In this document: piece by piece, positions 36,233 through 48,190 of the stretch
Layout of the letters: the number at the start of each line of letters is the position of its first letter
Position numbering within the stretch: the stretch's first letter is position 1
Assembly (NCBI GenBank): GCA_013265495.1
Contig: MU059820.1
Coordinates: 3,198,948 to 3,262,947 of the forward strand
Reading direction: 5' to 3'
From: Vicugna vicugna
Lineage: Eukaryota
DNA: 64,000 nucleotides
Made by a program: the position numbers and the translations under genes
The notes under the pieces: model-generated
Told to the model about the DNA's origin: nothing
Databases searched by the model: none
Seen by the model: the letters and a program-made list of their open reading frames with translations, nothing else

Positions 36233-36366
36233 AATGTGTGTGTGTATGTGTGTGTGTGTGAAAGCAAGAGACTGAGATAGAGACACAGAGAGATAGACAG
36301 AGACAGTGGGACAGAGACAGAAACAGACACAGAGAGAGAAAAAGAGAGAAACAGAGGAAGAGAGGG
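36233..36366. repeat. (TG)n followed by degenerate (GA/GACA)n low-complexity purine tract
   Basis: Directly visible in the sequence. Confidence 0.85.
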
Positions 36367-37674
36367 AAAAAAGGCCTGGTTTATAAAATAAGAAATGGCA
36401 TAAGTTTTAGTGACTTGCCCACATTCTCCCAGTGGCATTTATGATTGAGACCAAAGTAAAGTCACCCCCACCATCTCCTTCATCCTCTCCAGGCTTCAGT
36501 AAGGAAGCTCAACAGAGGAGAGTTAACTCAGGAACGTAATAGGACGCGTGAACTGCCAACATGCAGAACTTGTTTTGACTCTTTCTACAATTTTTTCCTG
36601 CCTACCCATATCCTTTCTGCAAACCTTGGCTTTGGACCTAGAAACCCATTCAATGCTACAGATTAATACTTGGTTTGAAGCTGATAGGAAAACTTCATCA
36701 TCTGTCTTTATGAATTTAGGGTTTGCCCCAAATTGGAAGGCTCTGGTGAGATTAGGGATTTGGGTGCCAAGGAGTGGCAGCTGGTTTTGAAACTGCTTCC
36801 ATGAAGGTGTTCTCACCTTTTCAACCAGGTAAGGGAAAGGCTCATGCATCTTCCTTTACGGCAGCATCGAATCCTGGAAGGATAAGAGGAGCCACATCGT
36901 GTTCAGTGGGAAGAGATGGGGCTGGAATGGAAGGAGGGTTGGAGAGAGGAACAGAAGAGCTGACAGAGGCCTGTGAAGGGGGAGGATTTAGTCTCCTCCT
37001 GCCAAGGCCTGGGGTCACCTTTGGCCCTGGCCCCAGGCCTTCCCTGAAGCAAGATTGAGTGGGAGGGGCCCCGGCTCCTGGGGTGGAGGAGGCCTTCCCA
37101 CCCCACTGCCAAGTTTCCATCTTCCTTCTCAATGGGAACCTCGACGTCATAGACGAGAACCCTGTCCTTTGTCGGCCCTGGAGCCCCTTGTCTCTCAGGT
37201 GACACCTGTGGACTGCTTCTGGGGAAATGTTTCTAGATCCATAAAATAGGACACATAGGATCAAAAAGCAAGTCAAAGATACGGATACCAGATACCAAAA
37301 TGTTACCAAAGCTAATATGTGATCTACATGCTGCTTTATTCACCCACTAAATAAAATGATCTGTTGGTGCATCTAATGGTTATCATATCAGTGTCATGAG
37401 GAGCAAAAATCAAGGTTGCGGCAACAACTGTAGTGTGCGGTGACAATAGGTGTGAACGGTGTTGGTGACAAAATCACATGCACTGCTCATAATAATGGGG
37501 AGAGGGTACCTCATGTATACATCACGAAAATGCTAAATGTCAGCGAGGCAGTAGTGAAAATGGGGATTTTTTTTCTCTCATCCAAGTTCACCAACTCGAG
37601 TTTACTAACCCAAGCCTTAGTGAGCAGAGCGCTTCTAAACTTCCCTTGAGCAATAGCCCCACTCTGGCTCCCCA

Positions 37675-37690
37675 CCAGGAGGGGGCAGCA
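37675..37690 (+). promoter_or_regulatory. CTCF-like motif
   Basis: CCAGGAGGGGGCAGCA versus consensus CCASYAGRKGGCRSYR, 1 mismatch. Confidence 0.45.
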
Positions 37691-37879
37691 GAGGGTCACA
37701 TGTCCACAGCATGTCCTCCCAGAATCCCAAGAAGACACCCCCAGGGGGGGCAGCCTTCTCACCGCACTTGGCCTCGGTCTGGGAAAAGCAAAGCATCACT
37801 TGATGTTCTCAGCTAGTCCCCCACCTCCAAACACTATTTTCTTTAACTGGTCTTGGCCCGTGCATTCACCCACTAGTGT

Positions 37880-38110
37880 GTTCACTCAGCACTGACTGTG
37901 TTGTCCATGGTGGGAGGTCCTGGAGACACAGCAATTGAGAAAACAAACCTTAGCTCTTGTGGAGCGTGCAGTCAACGTCGGGGGGAGGGGGAGACGGGCC
38001 ACAAAGCAATAAACACGTGCAGAGGTGCCAGGCAAACCGGAGGCAAGACAAAGGCAGTGAGGGGGCAGCAAGGCCTCAGAGGGGCAGAGATCAAGGAAGG
38101 CCTTGGATAA
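37880..38110 (-). mobile_element. L2 3' remnant
   Basis: 'tcactcagcactgactgtg...ctggagacacagcaattgagaaaacaaacc' resembles the reverse L2 end. Confidence 0.5.
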
Positions 38111-38115
38111 AGCAA

Positions 38116-38646
38116 CTTTTTTATTGAAATCAGTCACTTTCCAGTGTTATGTTAATTACTCATGCACAGCATAGTGATTCATTTATACATATATATATAT
38201 ATTCCTTTTCATATTCTTTTTCATCATAGGCCATTACAAGATATTGAATGTAGTTCCCTGTGCTAAACAGGAGGACCTTGTTGTTTGTCTATTTTATGTA
38301 CAGTAGTTAGCAGCTGCAAATTCCAAACTCCCAGTTTGTCCCTCCCCACCCTTTTCCCCCCACTGGTAATCATAAGTGTGTTTTCTATGCCTGACAGTCT
38401 GTCTCTGTTCTGTAAATAAGTTCATTTGTGTCCTTTTTTTTTCAGTTTCCACATATAAGTGATATCATATAGTATTTTTTCTCTTTCTGGCTTACCTCAC
38501 TTAAAATGATGATCTGGAAATCCTTCCACGTTGCTGCAAATGGCAATACTTTATTCTTTTTTATGGCTGCATAGTATTCCCCCCAAGACACACATATATC
38601 TATCACATCTTCTTTATCCAGTCATCTGTCAATGGACATTTAGGCT
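38116..38646 (-). mobile_element. 5'-truncated L1 3' end
   Basis: Reverse complement of the same L1 3' UTR and ORF2 end seen at 7667-8241 ('ctttatccagtcatctgtcaatggacatttagg', 'gatattgaatgtagttccctgtgct'). Confidence 0.95.
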
Positions 38647-39284
38647 GAAGGTACAACAACTGTTGGACAGAAGCCAAAGGAAGGGAAGGAGGATAACAAG
38701 GAGATATTTGAGGAGGGGTCCCATGTGGCAGGTTGGGAGAACAGCCGGGGCCCGGGAAGGATGCGGCCTCATGGGCGGGGGGTCTATGTGCCAGGTGCTC
38801 TGGGTCTCAGGACTGGGTGGGTCACCTTGCGCAGGGCTCCCTGGCGACTGTGGGGCCCGAGGGGCGATGCAGGGGGCAGAGGAGGGGTAAACCGTAGCGG
38901 TAGTGCTGGCCGAGTCACTGAGACCGGACCAGAAGGAGGGAGGGTCTAGAAACACCTCCCTGACTCTGATGCAGGGCTGACTGTCATCCCGCCAGGACCC
39001 AGAGATGATTGTAGCGGTGGCGGCAAAACACCACAGATGAGGGGCCCTTTCTAACATTAGATTCTGTGTGTCCTTCAGTGAGGACTGTTGGACCATGCAC
39101 TGTGCAGCCGCCAGGATCACACTGTGCTGCACTGGTCGAAATTCATCCAACTGTGAGCCCTTCATTCTCATCTCTATAGATCAAGCTCCATTATTAAATA
39201 ACAAGTTAATTAATTTAAAAAATTAAGTCTAGTCTGAGCTTTGTACAAGCCCCTGAATTTCCACGGTCCTCTGTTTCTGATTTC

Positions 39285-39490
39285 AGCAACAGCGATAGAT
39301 AACACTTACATGGTCTTTGCAATGTGACCAGCACTGTCCTGAACACTTGCATTGATCGGTTCTCGTCATCACCACAATGCTATCAGATAGATACAATGAA
39401 TATCTTCGTGTTGCTGGTGAGGAACCAGAAGCGTGGGAAGTTACTGTGATTCAGCCTGCGTCTGGTAACATAATAAGTGCAGAGCCATAA
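39285..39490 (-). mobile_element. MIR SINE remnant
   Basis: 'taacacttacatggtctttgcaatgtgaccagcactgtcctgaacacttg...gaggaaccagaagcgtgggaagttact'. Confidence 0.55.
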
Positions 39491-40299
39491 GCATCCTCGC
39501 CCTCCCTCCTGAGGCAATTCCAAGAACCAATGAGAAGCAGATACCAAAGGGCTCTGAAGAGTACCAAGAGCCTGGATCAGCGTGTGGTAGCCACATCCGG
39601 CCAGAGTGCCCACTCTGAGGGCTCAGAGCCTGTTGGTCCGTGGAGTTAGGAATTACCGGTCAGTGGTCAGCATCCGACCAAGATTCTAAGAATGATAGCC
39701 GCTCCTGTACTTCCCCCCGGAAGTGTATAACTACCCTTAACCCCGGTCCTAAGAGCCCTGTTTTCTATCCTCAATCATCGCTTTGGCTCTTTTCTGAATT
39801 CTATCCAATTTTCCTACACCCCTCTGCATTGTTTTTGAACACTCCTGACCTTTGAAGAAAGTTTGAAATAGTTTGCAATAACAGACACTAGCGGTAGGAC
39901 CTGCAATCGACGGGCCAGATTACCAGAAGATTTGGGCATCAGGGAGTTACAGATGTGTTACCAAAACCCTGGCGTGGACGCCGAACTAGACCCTGATTGT
40001 TAAAGTCGCCAACGACGTGTTTCTGTTGCAAGACCAGGGGTCCCGTGGGCCAGGGAGGAGGGTCTGTGATTGCCGTCCAGGATGGTTTTGGAGGCCGTGA
40101 TTTCTGGAAGTCTCTGGGAGCACACAAGACTTCTCAGACACCTACCCTGGCCGGGGGCTTCATTTCCTAAGTGACCGCTGACAGGCTGGCTCTGGCCAGG
40201 CGGCTGCCGTAGGGCCACACGGTATGACTCCAGAGTCCAAGGCCTCCTTCACGAGGTTGTCTGGGTGTAGCGTCAAGGGCGCAGGGAGACCCCAGAGGG

Positions 40300-40470
40300 A
40301 ACCCTGCCTCTGCCATGGGGCTGTGCAACTTGGGCAAGTTCCTTGAGCTCTCTGGGCCCTCTTCCCCTTTTCTACAAAATGGAGATAGCAACGCCTTCCT
40401 CCGAGGGTTTCTGAAAACCAGAAGTGATCAGAAGTCAAATGCCTGGCGTGTAGTACACGTTCCCCAACAG
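40300..40470 (+). mobile_element. MIR SINE remnant
   Basis: 'gctgtgcaacttgggcaagttccttgagctctctgggccctcttccccttttctacaaaatggagatag'. Confidence 0.65.
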
Positions 40471-41065
40471 CAGCCTTTGTGATGATGGCGGAAATTTCAC
40501 CTCCCGTGCTCCCTCCCACCGTGTGCTGTCCAAGGGCCAGAACCTCGGTTTCCACGGCTGTCACTTCCAGGCAGACACGGTGAGGGTGAGCCGACATTCC
40601 AGGCCTTTCCCACAAGCAGATTTCCACACCCAGAGTGGCAGAGAGGATCACTCGGGCTCGTGGGAAGAAGAAAGAGCGTCACAGAAGATGGGGAGGGGTG
40701 CAGAGGCCGAGCTGACGCCCCGTCTGGGAGAGTGTGCTCCCTGGCAGCCTTGGGAACCAGCTCCCATGGCTGCTGCTTTTAGGCATTTTTTCTGAAAACC
40801 TCAAACCAGCCAGGGGGACGCTGGTGGGTTTAGCCAGAAATAACCCCGCAGCCCTCTCTCTGGACCCTCAACAGTCCCTCAGGAAATCTTAACAGTGCTG
40901 CAGTCTTAGGACCACATTTGTTTCTTACACTGTGTTTTATTCCAGTACGTATAATTTAAAACCAAAAATTTTTAAGGAATAAAATAAAATAGATGATAAG
41001 TACTGACATGGCAATGTATCTGCTATTTGCTGTGAGATGGCAAATAAAAAAATCAGTGAGTTGCC

Positions 41066-41620
41066 TAGTTACAATAGCCAAGACAGGGAANNNNNNNNNN
41101 NNNNNNNNNNNNNNNNNNNNNNNNNNNNNNNNNNNNNNNNNNNNNNNNNNNNNNNNNNNNNNNNNNNNNNNNNNNNNNNNNNNNNNNNNNNNNNNNNNNN
41201 NNNNNNNNNNNNNNNNNNNNNNNNNTTCGAATTGAAGTAAGCCAGAAAGAGAAAGAAAAATACCATATGATATCATTTATATGTGGAATCTTAAAAAATG
41301 ACACAACTCAACTTATTTACAAAACAGAAACAGACTCTCAGACATAGAAAACAAACTTATGGTTACTGGGGGGAAAGGGAGTGTGGGAGGGATAAATTGG
41401 GACTTTAGGACTTGTGGATTCTAACTACTATATATAAAATAGATAAACAACAAGTTTCTACTGTATAGCACAGGGAACTATATTTAATACATCATAATGG
41501 CCTATAATGAAAAAGAATATGAAAAGAATATTTTATATATATATATATAAATAACAGAACCGCTATGCTCTACACCAGAAGCTAACACAACATTGTAAAC
41601 CAACCATACTTCAATTAAGA
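41066..41620 (+). mobile_element. 5'-truncated L1 3' end spanning a gap
   Basis: 'acaatagccaagac' before the gap; L1 3' UTR 'gaagtaagccagaaagagaaagaaaaataccatatg...cttcaattaagaaaa' after it. Confidence 0.9.
41091..41225. other. Assembly gap (135 N)
   Basis: Run of N inside an L1. Confidence 1.
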
Positions 41621-44306
41621 AAAGATTAATGAGTTGCATGTAAAAGACATTATCTGTGTTTCTGTGTCGTGTGTTTAACATGTTTGACTTCGCATAGTTT
41701 TTAATGTAGAGGACTGAATCGGTACATCCCACATTCTGAACTGTGATTATTCCCCAGGACTGTGATTTAGATGGTACTTTCTGCTGCTCTACACACACTT
41801 CTGAATTGCTGATTTTTTTTTCACATGTTTGAATTATAAAATTAAAAAAAAATTTAAAAAGGTTTTAATAACAGCTGTTGAACGTCCTGGTCTTTTCTGT
41901 TCAATCAGAGAACCAGGCGTTGTCAGAGTTGGACGGGAACGCAGAAGTTGCTGTGCGTCTTCCTTTGTGGTGCCCCCCTTTCTCTTCCTGCTGGAAGGTG
42001 CCGTGTCTCATTGTGGGGCAGCCCCGCTCTCCCGGGATGCAGTCTGACTCAGTGAGCTTGTGAGGAAGAGGACAGCCTCTCCCAGGTACACACTCAGCAC
42101 CTGAGCCCTTACAGTGAGGGATATCGAGTCTGGGGGTTCACATACCCCAGGTTAAGAACCTCTGGTGTGCTGTCTTGGGGTACCTGCACCCTGGAAGGAC
42201 CCTCTGTTCTTCTGTCACTTTTCCAAACTTTGGGAGGTATTGCTCTGACCCACCAGAGGGCATCCCTTCCTACAGCGCCTGAAACCGTCCCTGTCAAATG
42301 CCACTTTGCCTTGCTTGTGGGTAAGAGCAATGGAAAACTTCCAAACACTGGGTTGGAAGCTTGGAACACCAGCCAATCTGCACTTCGAGCGGCAGTCCTA
42401 CAGATATAATGGGTGGGCGAGGGAAGGCAGGCAGGGCCGGGACAAGCCTGCAATAAGAGTTACAACCCCACCGACAGTCCCTGGACTGCCCCGCCTTGTT
42501 CCCTACGCCGTCTTCTCTGACTTTGCCTGTGGATCCACCTGCCCTTTCCTTCCACAGTCATCCAGCCTCTCTGAATGTTCGCCCCCATCACCCACTTCCT
42601 CCGCTCTGTTCCTGTCCCACCCCCCATATCTTCTTTTTTTTCTGTTTTATCTTCCTTCCCCAAACTCTCTGTTAACCAGACTGTGGAATGCAAACCCTGT
42701 TTTTTTTTTATATTGGATTTAAAACAATCCTTTTAATTTTTTAAATTCAAAAATTTATTTTTCCAAAACATTGTCAGTGATTTAAGAATTCTTTTTTCCC
42801 TAATGGTCCTTGATAGATTTTTTTGTTAACCGTTGTGATTTGATTGCTCATTTCATGGCTTTATTTGTAACCCACCTTATTCCAAATTCCCCATCAGGTG
42901 ATTTTTGAAAATCTGTATTTACATCTTTCAGAAAAACTATTTCTCACCCAAGGCTTAAAGATTTATTAGGACAATAATGTGTGAGACCGTTTACTGAGAA
43001 AAAGGAAAAGAAAGCAGAACTGAAGGCTTCCAAGGCCCCAGCTCCACCCAGCAGGAGTCTCTCTGTCTACAACTCACCTACTTTTCACACTTGGGTAAAA
43101 TTGTTTTTCCCCATTTCTCAGGCAGGGGGCCCCCAGGAAAGGTTCACTGTCAGCCTGTGGGGTCTTTGAACACTCTTCCATTGCCAGGTAGCAAATCGAG
43201 AGAAGGTGCCCATGACCTTCCAGAAGTGGAACACTCTAACACGGCCACATTGGAGAAAACACAATCTGCAAACTCCAGATACGGCTCTTGATTGTTATAA
43301 CTGCGCTTGTCTGGGCATGCCATCTTCTAGGAGAGGCCAACGTGGTCTAGGACCAAGACCAGGTAAAACGGTTTGGACCATTGTGAAGGATCTACTGAGA
43401 CTGGACTGAAGTAGACCAAGGACCATGGATGGGAACCTACACCACCAACACCAGCCCCACCATCTCTCCGAAAGCAGCGGGGAAAGTGTCTCTGCTGTCG
43501 TCAGAGTCCACAGTACGAACTATGCCATGTGCACGTTAGAGTGAAGAACCAGGTTCACAGAGCGGACGGTAGGTGTGATCTCAGACTTCAAAGACACACA
43601 GCCGCGGCGGCCAGCAGAAACACAGCCTAGGCTGGCTGAGTCACCAGCAGAAATAGGAGTCAAGGGATGGTGCCCAGGCTTCAACATGAATTCTTCCATT
43701 ATTTCTACTTCTCAGGTCCTGGTAGGTGTCAGAGAAGCTGACCAGAGGAAGTGAATCACTTCCTGTGGTCATTGCTCTGCCCACGGTTGTTCTATTTTTA
43801 ACAATCTGCATAAAAATCATCAGTCCAACCCTGGGCGTGTATATTGTTTTACAAGTGCCCAATAAAATGAGGTGTGGGTGGAGACAAAAATGGGCAGAAT
43901 TAAGCCAGCGAGGAGGCGGTAGTGCAAAAAATTCTCCCAGATAAAGAAAAATCTCTTTTTTTTTTGTAACTTCTTTTGGAATGCTTGTCACAAAGGATGA
44001 GAATCAACTTTTGAGAATCACTTCTTAGAGTAATTTTCCACTCCCTATGGAAGAAACGATGCTTAACGCAAAACAGCTGCCCAGCTTTCACAGTGTCTAT
44101 AGGAAATTCCTCAAAATATTCCAGCCACCAGCCGGGATGACTTTTGAAAATCTCTCTGCCCTTTATCAGTGCTATTTCCTTCGCTTCAAATATGTGCCAT
44201 CATTTATAGCGAATCTGTGAATAATTAGACAAGAAATGGGAAATGATTCATGAGGAAATGTTTGCATATTAAAAGGACAGTTCCACTCCGACATTGAACG
44301 AGGTGG

Positions 44307-44758
44307 TGTATTAGCTTGCTCGCTAGGACTGCCGTAGCGAAGTGCCACCAGCTAGGTGGCTTAAAACAACAGAAACTCATCTCTTCACAGCTCAGGAGGT
44401 CAGAAGTCTAAGATCAAGGTATGGGCAGGCTGGGTTCCTTCTGGGGGCTGTGTGGGAGAGGCTAGTCCAGGCCCCTCTCCCTGGCTTGTAGATGGCGTCT
44501 CCCCTCTGAGTCTTTGCATCGCCTCCCCTCTGCGTCTTTGCATCGCCTCCCCTCTGCGTGTGTGTCCTACTCTCTCCTCTCACAAGGACACCGGTCCTAT
44601 TGGATTGGGACCCACCCCAAGAACCACGTCTTAACCTGTGTGCCTCTGTGAAGACCCTGTCTCCTGATACGGTCAGAGTCTGAGATACTGGGGTTAGGGC
44701 TTCTCTGACACGTGAATTCGAGGGATGAGTCGGAGGGGGATGGAATCCAGCCCATCAC
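44307..44758 (-). mobile_element. MLT1 (ERVL-MaLR) LTR
   Basis: Begins TGTATTAG (reverse of the CTAATACA terminus), then 'ggtggcttaaaacaacagaaactcatctcttcacagctcaggaggtcagaagtctaagatcaagg'. Confidence 0.88.
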
Positions 44759-45103
44759 GGATAGAAGGTCCAGGTGGGAGCTGATGCGTCTGTTACATTG
44801 TGATTTCAGCATGTACCAGGCTTTCTCAGCCATTAGATATCTATCCAACACCTCTAGACTCTCTCTTCGGTGTTTAACCCCCATGAGGATGTAGAGAGAG
44901 GGAAATCAACGTGAATTCTGGTCCTACCCACTGCAGACACCACTATTCGGAGACCTGGTCAGGGTGCTCCTCCTGGCAACATCTCAGATGCTCCAGAACC
45001 AGACTCCAGACCGAACTCTGGGGATGATTTCGGATGTAACATACACGACCATGAAAGCCATACAGGGGACTGGGACCGTCTTCCCTACCCCTTAATAATG
45101 CTC

Positions 45104-45420
45104 TAGGAGTCAGCAAACTTCTCCTCGAAAAGGCAGGGTAGCAGACATTTGAGACTTTGTGGGTCACTGGGTCTCCTCCCAGCATCTCTGCTCTGGTGCT
45201 GTCCTGAGAGCGACGGTACGCAAAAGAACGAGCGGGGCTGGGTTTCAGTAAAACTTTTTTTCCGTAAAACACTGAAATTTGACTTTTAGCTATTTTTCAT
45301 GGGTCACAAAAAATCCTTCATCTTCCAACCACCAAACAATATGAAACCACTCCGAGGTCACAGACCATTCAAAAACCACAGCAGGTGGGACTTGGCCAGG
45401 GGTCTCAGTGGGCCCGCCAT
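45104..45420 (+). mobile_element. MER58B-like hAT-Charlie MITE
   Basis: Start 'taggagtcagcaaactt'; internal 'gtttcagtaaaacttt' and 'tttcatgggtcacaaaaaat'; end 'ggacttggccaggg'. Confidence 0.7.
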
Positions 45421-45759
45421 CTCTGTGCCTTTGTGCTCCTGCTGAACCGCAGTCATCTTCACCCTGTATCCGTTTCTTCCTTTCAGGTCCTGATTTATAC
45501 CTTTTGGTCCATATTGACCAGCTTGTCACAACACAGCCCTGCATCCTTTTTGACTGATTTCCCGAAAGGCGCTGCTTCAAGTGCATTCTGAGAGATGAGT
45601 GCTGCGTGCTGGGTGGGGAGCCTCCACTGCTGTCTTCCAAGTCTTGGTTCCCCTTGATCAGAGTCCCATTCAGGATCAGGAACTTTCCAGGCTCTAGCCA
45701 AGGGGTGGTGGTGAGAGTTGAAACCTTTTGCTGTAGGCAGGGTCATTTTTTACTTTGAG

Positions 45760-46040
45760 AGGAGCTGAGAACAGCTCTCCTACTGAGCCAAAACATGAAC
45801 AACATGACACTGCTTCTTGAACAGCCTCCGTGCCCTCCCGCCACCACCCGCCCCTTCCAGCAACAGCCCTGGGCGTTCCTCTTTAGCCAGTTCAGGCTCA
45901 GTACCATGTCGCTGATTTGCTGGCTTAGTGGAGCACTGGGTGGTACCAGCGAACCTTCCCTGAACATTGCTGGAGTGCAGGTGGAAAACCCACAGGGTGA
46001 TGATATCTCTGTATTGCAAAATAACCATTTCCCTGAACAA
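45760..46040 (-). mobile_element. CR1/L3 LINE reverse-transcriptase remnant (frameshifted)
   Basis: Minus-strand peptides QYRDIITLWVF, NWLKRNAQ and SSVMLFMF resemble CR1 RT motifs AVDIIYLDF, NWLNGRAQ and SVLGPVLFNIF, in the correct order. Confidence 0.45.
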
Positions 46041-47778
46041 CGCATTCCCCTCTCCTCTGTGCCGGAGGCAAACCCAGTCCTCTGCTTGCAGAGAGAGAGT
46101 TATGGAAACATCGGCGGTGTGGAAAGGTGGCTCAGATGTGCTGGCTCTGAACTCAGAGACGGGTTGATGTTATTTTTCATGCTAGTAATTCATTAATGAG
46201 CAAGTGCTCCCCTGGTAAATACACAGGAGACGGCACCCCCTTTCAGGAGAGATATAAGGAAGCAGGAAGCCCATGTTAAGGAGATAAGTTACAGACTGTG
46301 CTTGTGATGTGAACCATGATGAGGAATTTTCACGTAGCGTTAGAAGCTTTGACTTGGATGCTAAAATTCGCCTTGTCTTGTTCATCTTAAGTTACGGTAT
46401 TAATTATGTTTTAATCAGACTCGGATGCTGCCCATATTTGAGAAATGGAGACCCATCTATGGGATAATTCTCCCAAGGACTAAGCCGAGTGGCCGGGAGG
46501 TACTGCCTCCTTGTGTGCAGGATCAGACCTCAGCCAGGTCTTTGCTTCAGCTCCACCTTGGATTATAAAATCTTTGAGGACAAGGGCTGTGGACTGAAGA
46601 ACTTGCTTGGGGCACTCAGGTCAGCAGACTGCAGTGATGTGGGAAGACAGCTCCCCTCGCGCGGGAACAAAGTTTGGCGACAATCCTGGGCAGGTGCGTG
46701 CATCGCTGCAGGGACCTCTCCCGGCCATGAGCCTTCTGCAAACCATCGTATTGCTTGCTGGCAGCTTCACACTTCATCTGTTGATTCACCCCGGTTCCTG
46801 GATGACTTTATAATTGGATAGTGACTTTCTCCACTAGGTCATGGGTTCAAGAGCAACTCAGGTCCTCTGGACATGGCTATAAAATGCTGCTATGTTCTCC
46901 CTGCTCCCAGTGTGCACAGCATCGCGCCGACCCCTAGGGGCTGCGCATCCTGGCTCTGCCCTGTTTCCAACCTGGGATGCAAGCTGAGCTCAGAGCTGGC
47001 TTTGAAGCGTGGAGTTTCCGCAGAGCTCCCTGGTGTGAGGCCACCACGAGGAGCCAGACCACAGAGACGGGAGCAAAACCAAGGGGCAGCAGGAAGCTGA
47101 TGTGACCTGTGGGAATCCGAGTCCTGTGTGTCTTCCGGGCAGCCGGGGCCAGCTCCGCCAACAGCACCCCGCAAATGAGAGCAGCCCTGCCAGGTCAGCA
47201 TGGGTCACAGAGCCTTTCCATCCGAGAAACAGACCAAGAGGGGGTTGTTAAAAAGGAAGCGGTACGGACTGGCACAACAAATACAAACTCACCAGGGGGT
47301 AAGATGTTTTCATACTGAGAAATGATCGTCACTCCCATCATTTTCCTGGTGCAGCTTCATCCTTACGGCTGCCTCCCTTAGATTAATTTTTAAAAAATTA
47401 AGAATATTCAGTGTTGCTGTTCCCAGGATATTAAACTGCTCTGGATGTGAACTTGGGGTGCAGCCCCTCTAAGAGGGCTGTAAGACATGCTATTGTTCTG
47501 ATTCCGAGGACTGAAAGGAAACAGGTTTCCACGAGTTACCCAGTTGTTTTCTGCCAAGTGCCCTGGTCCTAAGCTTGACCTCATCCAAGGCAGGAGCCCA
47601 GCCCCTGCTGCCCCAGCCCTGGTACCACAGCTCTCTGCCCGGCGCATCTGCTTGGCTGTTAAGAGAGAAGTTTCTCATGGTTTACAGAGAAAATGAATTC
47701 TCACCAGGGGCTAACCAGCCAGCTAGGGGCCAAGGAACACTGACGCTAGAGTCCACGATCCAACTGAATTTCAGGACA

Positions 47779-48190
47779 CAGACAGTCTGCTGGGGCGGCC
47801 GTAGCAAAACACCATAGTCGGGGCACCCTGAGCAACGGAAGTGCACACCCTCAACACCCTGGGGCCAGCAAGGTCCCAGATCAGCATGCCGACGGGGCCG
47901 GGCTCCTGGGGAGGGCTCCCTTCCTGCCTTGCAGAAGGCTGCCTTCTCACTCTGTCCCCACGTGGCCTTTCCTGAGGGACAGGGAGACAGAGAGACGGAG
48001 TGAGCTCTCTGGTGTCTCTTTTTCTAATGACACGAATCCTATTGTACCCTGGGCCACGTGTTGACCTCATTCAACCTTAATTACTTTCTTCAAGGCCCCA
48101 GTGCCAAATACAGCCACTCTGGGAACGGGGGCTTTAACACATGAATTTTAGGGGTGTGTGGAAGGGGACACAGACACTCAGTTCCCAACA
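47779..48190 (-). mobile_element. MLT1A-type (ERVL-MaLR) LTR
   Basis: 'gtctgctggggcggccgtagcaaaacacca', 'gacctcattcaaccttaattac' and 'aacacatgaattttaggg...actcagttcccaaca'. Confidence 0.82.
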
